From Callorhinchus milii (taxonomy: Eukaryota), in the NCBI RefSeq assembly GCF_018977255.1, contig NW_024704743.1, positions 115,260,001 through 115,324,000 of the forward strand: 64,000 bases of DNA, read 5' to 3'. Shown here in pieces: positions 37,228-49,150 of this stretch. How positions within the stretch are numbered: the first letter of the stretch is position 1; the number at the start of each line of letters is the position of its first letter. The position numbers and the translations under genes were made by a program. The notes below the pieces were generated by a model, which saw only the letters and a program-made list of their open reading frames with translations, had not been told where the DNA came from and made no database searches.

Positions 37228-37612
37228 TGTCAGCCTGGCTCAGTTTGTAGCACTCTGAGTCAGAAAGCTGTGGATTCAACCCCACATTGGGACTTTGAAC
37301 TCATGTTTTCTAAGACACACCAATACAGAGCTGGGGGTATGCTGCAATGTTGAAGGTGCCGTCCTTCGGATGACATGTTAAAACAAAGTGCAATCTGCCT
37401 TTTCAGGTGGACATGAAAGATCCAGTGATACTATCTGAAAAGAGAATGGAGTTTCTCTCAGTGTCCTGGCCAACAATTTCCCCCAGATAATTTAATCATT
37501 CACCTCACAGCTGTTTGCAGGTCCACTCTACCTCAAATGGCTGTTGCTGATTTGCCAAAATGAGCAGTCTATGAATACTGTGAAGATTTTTGCTATAAAA
37601 ATGCAAGTTCTT
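37228..37612 (+). mobile_element. Older Deu-domain SINE, near full length
   Basis: tgtcagcctggctcagt head...gtgccgtccttcggatgacatgttaaa...caggtggacatgaaagatcc...gtgtcctggccaaca. Confidence 0.78.
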
Positions 37613-37644
37613 GCTTTGTTGCATCCCCAAGAGCCACACTCTCA

Positions 37645-37871
37645 AATGTTGTCAATTGATTGGCGGATCGCTTCCCTGGGGTAATAATCCCACACCCCCC
37701 AAAAAATGTGGTCACTCAATCCACGATTGTTTGTGGGACACTACTGTGCACAATTGACCACAGCGTTTTCACCCACAAAATACATAGTCAATTCACTTTA
37801 CAATATATTCTCTGAAGTGCCTTGAGATGATGTGATGAGGCGCTATGTGAAATGAAAGGATTATTATTATT
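37645..37871 (+). mobile_element. Young SINE (long variant), 3' part
   Basis: Family match. Confidence 0.8.
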
Positions 37872-38130
37872 TTTGACAGTGGAAGCCTAGCGATGCACTT
37901 TCTTCTCAATTTGGCTACAGAACAGCATTCAGTCTTAGGTACAGGTTTTCTGAGGGAGAATCCAGCAATGATTTGCTTGAATCGGAACCAAATACCAGGA
38001 ATATACAGTCTTTCCACAGATTCATAGAGATCACAACCCTGAAGGAAACCACTCAGTCCGACAAGTCAATGTTGGTGCTTTTGAAATAGCTGTGTAAGCT
38101 TCACGTGAAGTAGGAAGGGTTATAAGGTAG

Positions 38131-38483
38131 AAATAATAATTCTTCATTTGATATAGGGCCTTATTCGAAAGCGCTGCACAGGATATACTGTAAAGTGGAT
38201 TGACTGGTAATTTTGTGGATGAAACGCGGCAGTCACTTGTGCACAGCAGTGTCCCACAAACAGTTGTGGATTGAGTGACCAAATTTATTTATTTATTTGT
38301 TTTGAAGGGTTTATTACCTCCAGAAAGCAATCCACCAATCAACCAACAACCGGGCTCCCACTCACTGTGAGGCAAACAGAGGCATGTGTGTGGAGCAAGG
38401 AAACATGCCTAAGGTTTCGTTCCCGCATGAGAATCAGACTCAGGTCTTCTCACCTGTGAGCTCTAATCGCTAAGCTACAGAAC
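38131..38483 (-). mobile_element. Young SINE (long variant), full length
   Basis: Family match on the minus strand. Confidence 0.82.
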
Positions 38484-40216
38484 TTCAGATTACTGAGAAG
38501 GCAGCGATTTGGCCGATATTGAGGTTGGGCTGATGCTAGCTCCATTCAGTGGAACTATCCCCTGAGAGACTGAGAAAACAAATTTGAAGGTTAAAAAAAA
38601 AAGGTTGGAATGGTTAGAAAATGAGAAAGATAAATTTTGTGTAAAGGGATGGAAGTGCAACAAGCCAGATTCACATAAGGCGTATGTGGGGTATGTGGAG
38701 GGTGGGAAGAGAGAGGGAGAACAATGGAAACAATTCCCTTCCTAAAAACCTGTTGTTTGTTTTGTTTGCTTGCAGAAACACACAACGCAACAATATAAAT
38801 TGTGCTGAAATCCACTGGAGCGCAGCTTCTAACTAATGTCATTGTGACAAAAACTCCATGCCAAGCACTTTTTGCAGAAAGACAATGCCTTTGTGATGCC
38901 TTGTTTACGCTGGCCTGTGGTGATTCAGGGGTCCACAAATTGCTATTTGTTTGCTTGTGGTGTTAGCTTGGTGCTGTTGGTAGCACTGTCATCGTGGGTC
39001 AGAATATTGTGGAATCCAGGCAGAAACTGGAAAACAGTACTGGGGGAGGGCTGCATTGTTGGAAGTGCCATTGTAAATGTACCTCACTAACGGCCTCCCC
39101 TCCAGCCCACACACCATCACATGTGGCGTCCTGCAGGGCTTGGTCCCCTTCAACATTTACATGCTCCTTCTGTTACATCATCCATAGGGTCAACTTCCAT
39201 ACGTATGCGGGTGATACCCAAATCTACCAATTCGGGTGTGGATCCCTTACTGTCCAGCACCTTGGGACGTACTGCATTTGGCGTAAGCTACGGTCAGAGG
39301 TACACCCATCCACCGTACATGCATCAAAACCTCTGCCCATTCACTGTAAATGCATTCACCACTACACCCATAAAAAGCAGGATTTGTTCTAAGCAAATAG
39401 GGGATTAAAAATTAAACCGTTCCTCCTAGCACGGAATTCAAAATACAAAAAGTTCATCTGAGGCCTTTATTAGCAGAAAATATGCAACAAAATAAGCAAT
39501 AATTATTTAATTTAAAGCACCTGTTTTGGATGTACAATCCACTTGCAATCAAAACTCAGTATCTTGGACGCTTTTCAAAGGCATATCTGAATATGAATAA
39601 GTGTAAAATCAGATTTTGTTCTTCACCATTTGCCATTTCATTAAAAAGGCATTAGTGGAGAGGAGGGAGAAGCCAGGAGGGGGTACGACCTCTGAACAGT
39701 GAAGCAGTGTAAACTGTTGTCTATCATTCATCCTCATCAGGGGGATTTGATGCTTGTCAATAGTTCTATAATAGACAAATGGTCATCACAGACTTGGTGT
39801 CCTACCAACATACAAAATATCAAATAGTTAGGTTTACATTACAAGTTGAGTTAACCTTGTACAAATGTATGTGTACAGAGGATTACAGTTGTCTTGATGA
39901 TGTAATTAACAATCAAAGAAAATGATTTCAGATACAATAGAATTTATATTTTTACAGCGCCTTTCACGTCAAGATTTCTGTACAAAGCGCATAACACTGC
40001 TGGCCAGGCACCTGAACTGAGAGTGGGCGCTGAACATTGTGGGGAAGGGAAAGATGACCAAAAAGTGCAGTCCAAAGAGGTATGTTTTAAGATGGGCTTT
40101 GAACTCGAGGAGAGAGGGAGCAAGTCGGAGGAACTCAAATGAGTTCAGATGATACAAATCTCTTCAATTTGATTGTTCTTTTAGGTTATGTGTTATCCCA
40201 GTTCAGTTGCCCAGTT

Positions 40217-40530
40217 GTGGAGTCCTGTAGCTCAGTGGTTAGAGAACTCGCCTCGCAATCGAGAGATCTGGGTTTGATTCCCAGCAAGGCAAAACCTTGG
40301 GCGAGTTTCCTTACTCCACAAGCCTGATAATATTCCCTCAAGGAAAAAAAAAATGAATTGGTCACTTGAATCCATGACTGTTTGTGGAACACTGCTGTGC
40401 ACAATTGCCTGCTGCGTTTTGCCCACAAATATACAGTCAATTCACTTTACAGTATATTCTGTGAAGCGCTTTGAGATGTTTAGAAGACTTGAAAAGCGCT
40501 ATATGTAATGCAAGGATTATTACTATTATT
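40217..40530 (+). mobile_element. Full-length young SINE (short variant)
   Basis: Nearly colinear with 28029-28340. Confidence 0.9.
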
Positions 40531-42459
40531 AACATAATCAAGGTAACTTGGATGCTTTTGTAAAACCCAACGTGCAAACATGGGCTGTTAGTCCAACCCA
40601 CAAATTAGATTGACCCCAGGAATAGTGTGCTATTAAACTCAGGTTCAGCCTTATACTCATCCAATTTCCTACAAGATTCCTTCAATATATGTCTCTAAAC
40701 TTTCTTTTGGTGGCCTCTGCAGGCCTAACAATATTTACAGATGGCCACATTGCTACTTACCTATCATAAGAAAAATAAAGGCAATATAGACATATGCACA
40801 TCTCAAATGGTTTTCATTTACTTCAGTACATTTCACAAACCACATTTGCGAAAACATTTTTTTTTGCACAAAACCTTGCACAGACAATAAGATGAAAACC
40901 ATTTTATATATGCATAAACATTACTATGAATGCATCTCAAATTGTTTTCATTTATTTCCGTACATTTCACAAACTGAACCTGCAGCACTTGCATGATTGT
41001 AGAAGTCTAAGCAAATACAAGACCGGAATTGTTGGTACAGTTCTAACCAGTTTAGCGGTTAAGAAAGATTACATGAACAAACTTGTGATTGCAGTCGCAC
41101 GTTTGTTCTATCGCTTTGCACATCCAGCACTGCATTGATGCTAAAGCTGGCCAATAGCAGTGCATACATCACTTAGTTTTGGGGGTGGGAATGCTATGGC
41201 CTCACAAAATCACCCATGCCTCCTTTTAGAAACACTGTTCTAAACCAACGAACCCTGCTAGAATCCTTTTTAGTTCACAGGAATTAGTCCAACTCCTTTT
41301 AATAGTTTATTATGCAACCATATAAGATGAGTCTTTTCCACATCTCCACCACCCTTTCACTGAACAGAGGTCCTCCTGCATTTCCTATTCTCTCGTGTTG
41401 TCTTTATTTTGAAGCTATGATCCTTGGTTCTTTAACTTTTTATTCATCGTAAAATTGTACCTGAATTGATTAGCTTTCCACTCAACATCAACAATAACTT
41501 GCAGTGATATGCTAATGTTAACTACAGCTACTAAAATAAATAAGAAAGGGCATTTGTTATTTCTATGCAAGGGTATAAATGCTTAAATGAAATATTTTAA
41601 ATAGTCATAACAAATATAAGGAAATGCAGTATGAACAATTTTTCTTTTTTTAAATTTATTTTTATTGAAGAAACAAAAAAGAGGAAACGTAATCAATATA
41701 ATTGAAATGCATTTGTAACTCCATATAAGGAGCTATAAATGCTTTCTAAACACCCACATTAGTAAGCAAAACGAACAATATAAAATGGGGTCAATAAAAA
41801 TAGTAATTTGATATAACGCCTTTCACATCTGGAGGAAAGAATATGCTGTAAAGTGTAATGACTGTGTATTGTGCAAATAACCATAGGTTTATTGTGGGGG
41901 GTTTTCACAGCCGCATTAAGTTAATCGAGCTGTGTGGGAACATTAATTCACTAATAATGTTAATTAAGTTACAGGCACAAATTTATGGTATTTCTTAAAA
42001 CATTTTCCTTGTGCTTAATGAACAGAAGGAATGGGTTAAGAAACACTGTTGAATTTATCCCACGGCCTCAGTGTTAATCCCACGGCCTCAGTGTTAATCA
42101 CCGGCGATACACTGCCAGGCAATAATCTTTGTAGGGCCAACGAAATGCGTTCACTCATCAGGTGACTGAGTATTTGAGTTAAAAACAAGTCTGAATACAA
42201 AGTCTTGACTGGAAAACACTTTGACAATAATGTGACCATCACAGAAAAGTGGAAGTTCAGCAGCTACAGTCAGAAACAGAAAAAAGCGTGTTTTTGATAA
42301 ACAAACACATGGTAAGGTGAGATAACGTTCACAAGAAAACAGGAAATGTGCACCATATTATTAATTGGCACTACAGTACTACAAAATTCCAGTACTACGA
42401 TGCTGTGGATTTCAATAAGAGCTGCAAAACCTTATCATGCTGACTCAAGATTTCCACTT

Positions 42460-43722
42460 CCCTTTGGGTGAAAAACTGCCTCCTAATTTCGTTCCTAAAA
42501 GGCCTAGCTCTAATGTTAAAATTATGCCCCTTGTGCTGGATTCCCCTAACAGAGGAAATAGTTTCTCTGTATCTACCCTATCGAATCCCTTTATTATTTT
42601 GAAAACCTAAATCAGATCACCCCTCAACCCTCTAAACTCAAGGAAATAGAGACCAAGTGTATGCAACCTGTCCTCATAATTTAACTCTTTTAGCCCTGGT
42701 ATCAATCTGGTAAATCTGCACTGCACCACCCCCCCACCCCCCCGAGCTAATATATCCTTCCTGAGGGACAGTGCCCCAGATTGAACGCAGAACTCCAGAT
42801 GGGGCCTGACCAAGACTCTATATAGTTGAAGAATCATTTCCTCTGCTTTTTTTTCAGCCCCTTTGAGATAAAGGCCAACATCCAATTAGCCTTTTTGATA
42901 ACATTTTGAACCTGTGAGCTTGTTTTTAGTGATTTGTTTACATGGTCACCCAAATCTCTACTCTTCCACAGTTCTTAGTTTCTCACCATTTAGAAAATAT
43001 TTTGTTTTGCTATTTTTGGATCCATAGTGGATGACCTCACACTTCCCCACATTGAATTCCATATGCCACAGTTTTGCCTACTCACTTAATCTATTTAAAT
43101 CCCTTTGTACCTTCCTGCTCCCTTCTACACAATTTACTGTGCCTCTCAACTATGTGCCATCTGCAAATTTTGATATAAAACTCTCTATTCCTTCATCCAA
43201 GTCATTTATACATATAGATCCTGGAGAACACCTCCTCATCAATCAGAGGACGTTCCTTTTATCCGTACTCTCAGTTTCCTGCCTCCAAACCAATTACCAA
43301 GCCATATCACAAGGTTACCTCTGATTCCATGCACTTTTATTTTTGCTAATAACCTCTTGTGCGGGACCTTATCAAATGCCTTTTGGAAGTCCATGTAGAC
43401 GACATCCATAGACGCTCTCTTATCCACCATGTTAGTGACCTTCTCAAAAAATTCAATTGGATTCGTCAGACATGACCTAACCTTCACAAATCCATGCTAA
43501 CTCTCTTTGATTAGCTCATACTTATCCAAGTGCTCAGTCACTCTGTCCCTGAGGAGAGATTCTAGTAACTTCACTACAACTGAAGTTAAGCTGACAGGTC
43601 TGCAGTTACCTGGTTTCTCCCTCCTTCCCTCTCTCTCCCTCCATAATAGAGTGACATTTGCCATTCTCCAATCCAAGGGCACAATTCCCAAATATAAAGA
43701 GCTTTGGAAAATGATGACTAAA
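42460..43722 (-). mobile_element. CR1 LINE fragment (RT region, decayed)
   Basis: CRPVSLTSVVVKLLE, VVYMDFQKAFDKVPH, VRPHLEFCVQ and LRGDLI motifs. Confidence 0.9.
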
Positions 43723-43729
43723 ATTTTAT

Positions 43730-44332
43730 TTGGGGATTGTTGGCCAGGACCGATGGGAATAGTGAATTTTGAATAGTGCCATGGGATCTTTAAACTCCTC
43801 CTGAACAACAACAACAAGATTTCATTTATAGAGTGCCTTTCACGTCGGGAGGACGTCCCAAGGCGCTGGACAGTTGGGTCAGGACCCGAGCAGGGGGGAA
43901 ATGGTCAGGGTGAGGGGAGGGAAGGGAGAGAGTGAGGAGGGGGTAGAGAGTCGAGAGGGAAGCTGAAGGCACGGTCGAAGAGAAAGGTCTTGAGACCGGC
44001 CTTGAAGGAGGAAAGGGAGGAAGCAAGGCGAAGACACTGGGGGATGGAGTTCCAGAGCCTAGGGGCTGAGAGGCTGAAGGCCAGGCCACCGATGGTAGGG
44101 CGGTTAGGGCGGGGGATGTGGAACAGACCGGAGCCAGAGGAACGGAGGGTACGGGCAGGTAAGTAGGGGGATAGTAGGTCGGAGAGGTAGGAGGGAGCAA
44201 GGCCGTGAATGGTCTTGTAGGTGAGGATGAGACAGGCAGATGGTGCTTCAGTTTAACACCTCATTCAAAGGACAGCACCTCAAATGTAGCAGCACTCCCC
44301 CAGCACTACTTTGGATTGTCAGTATAAAGTGT
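43730..44332 (-). mobile_element. Older Deu-type SINE split by an L2 insertion
   Basis: 43730-43806 and 44231-44332 are contiguous in the intact copy at 21130-21310. Confidence 0.7.
43805..44230 (-). mobile_element. Young L2 3' fragment
   Basis: Near-identical to the reverse complement of 31722-31980, plus full 3' UTR and (TTG)n tail. Confidence 0.92.
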
Positions 44333-44829
44333 AAGTTCAAAGACATTTTATTTGTTCTTAAAATATAACATTTGTTTAGGTGTAGACTTTTGAACTGTCT
44401 ATGTTGATGATAAAATCTTGTATGACACGCAAGTAAACAAAGGAAAACAGAACTGAACATTTTTGTCAAATCTTGTTACCACACAAAGTATATACGCTCT
44501 GTAACACTGTCAGATAAGGTTTTGCAAATACAAATGTACAGTGAAGTGCTTTGAAATATCTTGAACACATGATAAGGCACTATATCAAATGGAAGGATGA
44601 TTATTATTATAAATTAAAACTTGGAGACATTTCAGCAGTGTACAATCTCAGGACATGATGACTCAGAAAGCTCAACACAATAGTGCAAGTTTGGTTAAAC
44701 TCTAAGATTTTTCCCTAGAGGTGTTGAAGTTAAGGGGTGATCTGATTGAGGTTTAAAATAATAAAGGAAATTTGGGGGGGATTAGCCTGATGACATACAC
44801 ATGGGGAAAACCATCATAATGCTCAAGAG

Positions 44830-45600
44830 TAACCAAACCAGACTGAGAGTTCGACAAATGTTGTCATCTACACCTTGAAATGTCTCAAATACAAAATGCA
44901 CAAGGGCCAGCTTCCAGAATGTTGTCTGGCAAAGCAGCCAAATTGGTACAGAGGTTCATTTACCTAGGATGCAACATCAATTCCTCAGATGACCAGACAT
45001 TGCAGATTCATCAGCAGAGCAAGCTCCGTGATGCACAAGCTTGACAGGATCTGGAGACAGTGACATCTATACTGTTTGTAAATCCAAAACACAGTTTCAA
45101 TTCACTTGTTCCTTTATTAAAACCTCACACTTCCATTCTCTTCCAGAATCTGCCCAGCCACTTCCCCAGAATCCTTTTATACTTGATGGCTTCTCATTGT
45201 CCAAGTGCCAATTAAGTCATTAAAGCAATATGTGACAATGTCTGTCCCTAGCTACAAAACTGTGTATTTACAGGGCCTGCATGATATCAGTGCTGCTATA
45301 TGGCTTGGCGACATGGATACGGTTGAAGAGATACTCAGATGCACTTCAAGCGTTCCACATGGGATGCCAGCACTGGATTCTCGGAATATGCTACTTTAAC
45401 CATATTACAAATAAGCCATATCGTCTCATACTGGCTGAGTGCAGCAACATAGCGGCGAGAAGTCACTTATTCTTTGGACATGTCCACCGGATGGAAAAAC
45501 GATCCGACTTACCATGGTTCAAGATAGGACCACAAGTGGAGGCAGCCTCGAAGGTGTCCAAGACGTACCTGTATGCGATATTTCAGGGCTGATTCAGTTC
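44830..45600 (+). mobile_element. RTE-clade LINE relic (C-terminal part of RT protein)
   Basis: VQRFIYLGCNI, IWRQ, TKLCIYRACMISVLLYGLATW, LQAFHMGCQHWILGI and FFGHVHRM resemble RTE C-terminal motifs. Confidence 0.7.
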
Positions 45601-46309
45601 TGGGATGCTGCACTTGATCAGTTGTTGTGGAGGTTGCAACGTCCCAATGCTAGTCACTCACAGCAGTAATAATAGTGGTAGTAGGAAGATCCAAGCTTTG
45701 GGGACCTCAGAATAACTGAGGTTGGAATAACTGCGGGAATTTAACCAGCTAAAACTGGATAGATTGCCATTAAAGGTAATGGTAAACTGGCAAACTGCTT
45801 GCCTAGCTCGGACCACCATACCCATAAGGACTTTGGTTTGCAGTGTTAACTACATCTAAGTGAGAAGAATGACCAATTTTATTTGTGAAGTGCTTTGAGG
45901 CATTTTGACAAAATGACAAGATGCTATATCAAACACAAGGATTATTATTGGTTATTTTTATTCCTTGTGTTAGTGGTTGGTGCGTGATGAAAGCCCTTTG
46001 TTTTTTTTGATGGATGTAGCAACAAAATAAATCCCTCAAACACTTTAGACCTTTGTAAACCTCATGCTTTTAATACACAAGCTTGCCCTCACCTACTAAT
46101 CGTTAGTTTATCTGAGCCTGTTGTAAAATTCTATGGTTCTGTGGATAATACATGCAGTCCTTCATAATGCCAAATTGCACACAGCAACACACCGCATAAC
46201 ACGACATAGCAACATGACATAAATTATCAATATTATCTGGGGGACTGTTGGCCAGGACATTGGGAGAAACTCCCTTCTCTTTTCAAATAGTGTCATGGGA
46301 TTCTTGGGC

Positions 46310-46557
46310 AACCTTGGGCAAGTTTCTTTACTCCACACGCCTAATAATAATCCCTCCAAAATTTTTTTAAAAATAATAAATTGATCATTTTCAATCCACG
46401 ACTGTTTGTGGGACACTGCTGTGCGCAATTGGCTGCCGCGTTTCGCCCACAAATATACAGTCAATTCACTTTACAGTCTATTCTGTGAAGCGCTTTGAGA
46501 CGTCGAAAAGATGTGACAAGCGCTATATCAAATACAAGGATTATTATTATTATTATT
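46310..46557 (+). mobile_element. Young SINE (short variant), 5' truncated
   Basis: Very close to 8114-8345. It abuts an oppositely oriented older SINE fragment at 46235-46305. Confidence 0.88.
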
Positions 46558-46964
46558 CATACTATTAGACATGTGAGGATTGCAGATTCCCTTCTCAAAC
46601 CACACAGATTAAAATGTCTTGAGGTGAGCCAAAGAAAATCAAAAACAAAAGTTGTCCTTGGTTCGAACCTTTGCCATGTTTTGTCTAACTTCAGAGATAC
46701 CTTACTGCAATTCCTTGGTTTCATCACTGGCCGCTTATGATATATTTATGCAACAGCATGCATTCTCTCTCTCTTAATCAATTGATGAATTACTGAGGCA
46801 GAAAGGTGAGCTCTAATAGTTTGGATCATCCAATCCTAATTTTGAACTTAGAAGTGCTTCAAATAAAAGCAATGTGACTCTCAGGTTCAGAGATATTTGC
46901 TACTGCATTTTTATGGCATGATTGAGGATTTTCTTTGCAAGGCACCCCCGAGTTCCCCAGGGTT

Positions 46965-47241
46965 GTAAATGTCCCACAAACTGTCATGGATTTAATGACC
47001 ACATTTTTTGAAAGAAGTATTAGCCCTGGAAAGCAATCTGCCAATGGACTAACAATCAGGTTTACTGATAGGTAAAGAGGGGCGTGCGAAGTAACAACAA
47101 CTTGCACTCATATAGCACCCGCAACGCAGGGTAGCGTCTCAGAGCGCTTAAGGAAAACTGCCTAAGATTTCGACCCGTTCGGGTAATGAACCCAGCCATT
47201 CTTGCTTGCGAGCCTGCAAACCACTATGCTATGGGACTCCG
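46965..47241 (-). mobile_element. Young-family SINE (long variant) with an L2-type tail inserted at about 47092-47150
   Basis: Head reverse complement gcggagtcccatagcatagtggtt. Insert is aacaacaacttgcactcatatagcac...tctcagagcgctt. Confidence 0.65.
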
Positions 47242-47299
47242 CGAAAAGAAAAGGGAGATGGTGGAGGCGCTGTGCGTGAGGAGAAGCAGCTGAATACAT

Positions 47300-48140
47300 G
47301 GGGGAGGAACTGAGTGAGTGGAGTGAGGCTGAGTGCGGGGGAAGGAAAGAGGATGCGGGAAGAGGCTGAGTGGGTGCGGGAGGGGCTGAGTCTGGGGGTA
47401 GGAGGGGCTGAGTGTAGGGGATGAGGAGGGGCTGAGTATGTGGGGGGGAGAAGGTGAGGCTGAGTGTGAGGAGGAGGGGCTGAGTGTGTGGAAGGAGGAA
47501 GGGATGAGTGTGTGGAGGAGGAGGGGCTTTGTGTGGAGGAGGGGGGGCTGAGTGTGTGGGAGAGGAGGGGCTGAGTGTGTGGGAGAGGAGGGGCTTTGTG
47601 TGGAGGAGGAGGGGCTGAGTGTGTGGGAGAGGAGGGGCTGAGTGTGTGGGAGAGGAGGGTGGGGGGAGGGCTGAGTGTGGTGGAGGGGGGGGCTGAGTGG
47701 TGGGGGGAGGGCTGAGTGGCTGGGATTGGAGGAGGGCTGAGTGTGTGGGGGGGGAGGGGCTGAGTGGCTGGGATTGGAGGAGGGCTGAGTGTGTGGGGGG
47801 GAGGGGCTGAGTGGCTGGGATTGGAGGAGGGGCTGAGTGTGTGGGGGGGAGGGGCTGAGTGTGTGGGGGGGAGGGGCTGAGTGGCTGGGATTGGAGGAGG
47901 AGCTGAGTGTGTGGGGGGAGGGGCTGAGTGGCTGGGATTGGAGGAGGGCTGAGTGTGGGGGGGGAGGGGCTGAGTGGCTTGGATTGGAGGAGGGGCTGAG
48001 TGGTGGGGGGGGGGGGCTGAGTGTGGGGGGGGAGGGCTGAGTGGCTGGGATTGGAGGAGGGGCTGAGTGTGTGGGGGGGAGGGGCTGAGTGGCTGGGATT
48101 GGAGGAGCAGCTGAGTGCGCGGGGGGGGGGCGGGGCTTGA
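47300..48140 (+). repeat. G-rich minisatellite, core GGGGCTGAGTG, units about 21-27 bp
   Basis: More than 30 recurrences of GCTGAGT. GGGGCTGAGTGTGTGGGGGGGA and GGGGCTGAGTGGCTGGGATTGGAGGA units alternate in the right half. Confidence 0.95.
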
Positions 48141-49150
48141 GTGAGCGCGGGTGAGTGAGGTGGAGGAGAGAGAGAGGAGCTGCGCGCGCACGCTCCGTCT
48201 GCTCACCTCCCGCTCGAGCCGCGCGCGGCCGGTTCAGGCGCCGGAAGTCGACGCAAACGGACGGCCGCGGCCGATGCGTTCGTTATTTTTCTCAATTTCA
48301 AAGCGCCTGCTCGCGGGCGCACGCAGCTGTGCGCCTGCGCGCGGGGGAGGGAGTGCGAGCGGCAGAGCGGTGCGCACCACCAAGAGGCAGGAGGCAAAGT
48401 AGCGTCCGCCCGGCTTCGCCGCTGAGCCCGGCCACACGGAGCCCTTATAGGTCCGCCTTCTCCTCCCTCCATACACCTCCCCCAAACCCCACCGCCTTCC
48501 TCTTCGCTGCCCCGGTTTGAAATTGAAGTTAGGAAATAAAAAGGTGAGACCTCCCCCCCCCCTCCTCCTTCCCAAAACCCCCCACGGAATAGCAGGTGTC
48601 GGTTGGGTCGGTGCTGTGTGTGTATGTGTGTGTGTTGGGGGAGGGAATAGAAGCGGTGACCTTGTGATACACACTGACCCTGAGAGGGGGCCGCCGTTTT
48701 ATGTACGAACCTGAGGAGCCACGGCGGGGGATGGGTAGTACTCTTCCCGTACCCCTCCCCCTCTCACAGGTGGGGGGTGGAAGGTGACGGCTTCAAGCGG
48801 TGGGTGGGAGCATGGGGGTCCCACCGGTCCCGGAGCAGAGAGAGAGAGAGACGTGTATATATACTCTCCGCTTACCTATTACCCCAGTGCTTCCCTCTCT
48901 CTCTCTCCTGTCTACCTGCTTTACATCGCTCCCTGGTTTGGGGGTAAAGTGCGGCTTCCTTGGGCGCCGGTTTCCCCTGGGGTTTGCGGGGGTAACCAGG
49001 GGTAACGAGCGCCGCAGAGCTCGGCGCCTGAGGGAGGGAGGTGGTGTGGGGCGGTGGGATGTGCTACCATCCCATCATTTATTATCGAGCATTTTAAATG
49101 TGGAGCGGTTAACATGCGGTTTAAGAACCCCATTTTGCCGCACGTAGTGG
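48115..49150 (+). promoter_or_regulatory. CpG-island promoter and probable non-coding exon 1 of SLC45A4
   Basis: The only CpG-dense region in the window. GC box ggggcgggg near 48127, ETS CCGGAAGT at 48241-48248, NRF1-like TGCGCCTGCGC at 48330-48340 and donor AAG|GTGAGA at 48544. Confidence 0.8.

Noticed and set aside
42057..42099. 20-bp perfect tandem duplication (similar short duplications near 52507 and 57027)
   Set aside because: Ordinary two-copy slippage duplications with no further structure.
47300..48140. Repeat array as a possible CRISPR
   Set aside because: No unique spacers, no cas genes, and the context is vertebrate.
47229..48206. 325-aa Pro/Ser/His-rich ORF on the minus strand
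   Set aside because: It is the stop-free translation of the C-rich strand of the minisatellite and has no domain content.
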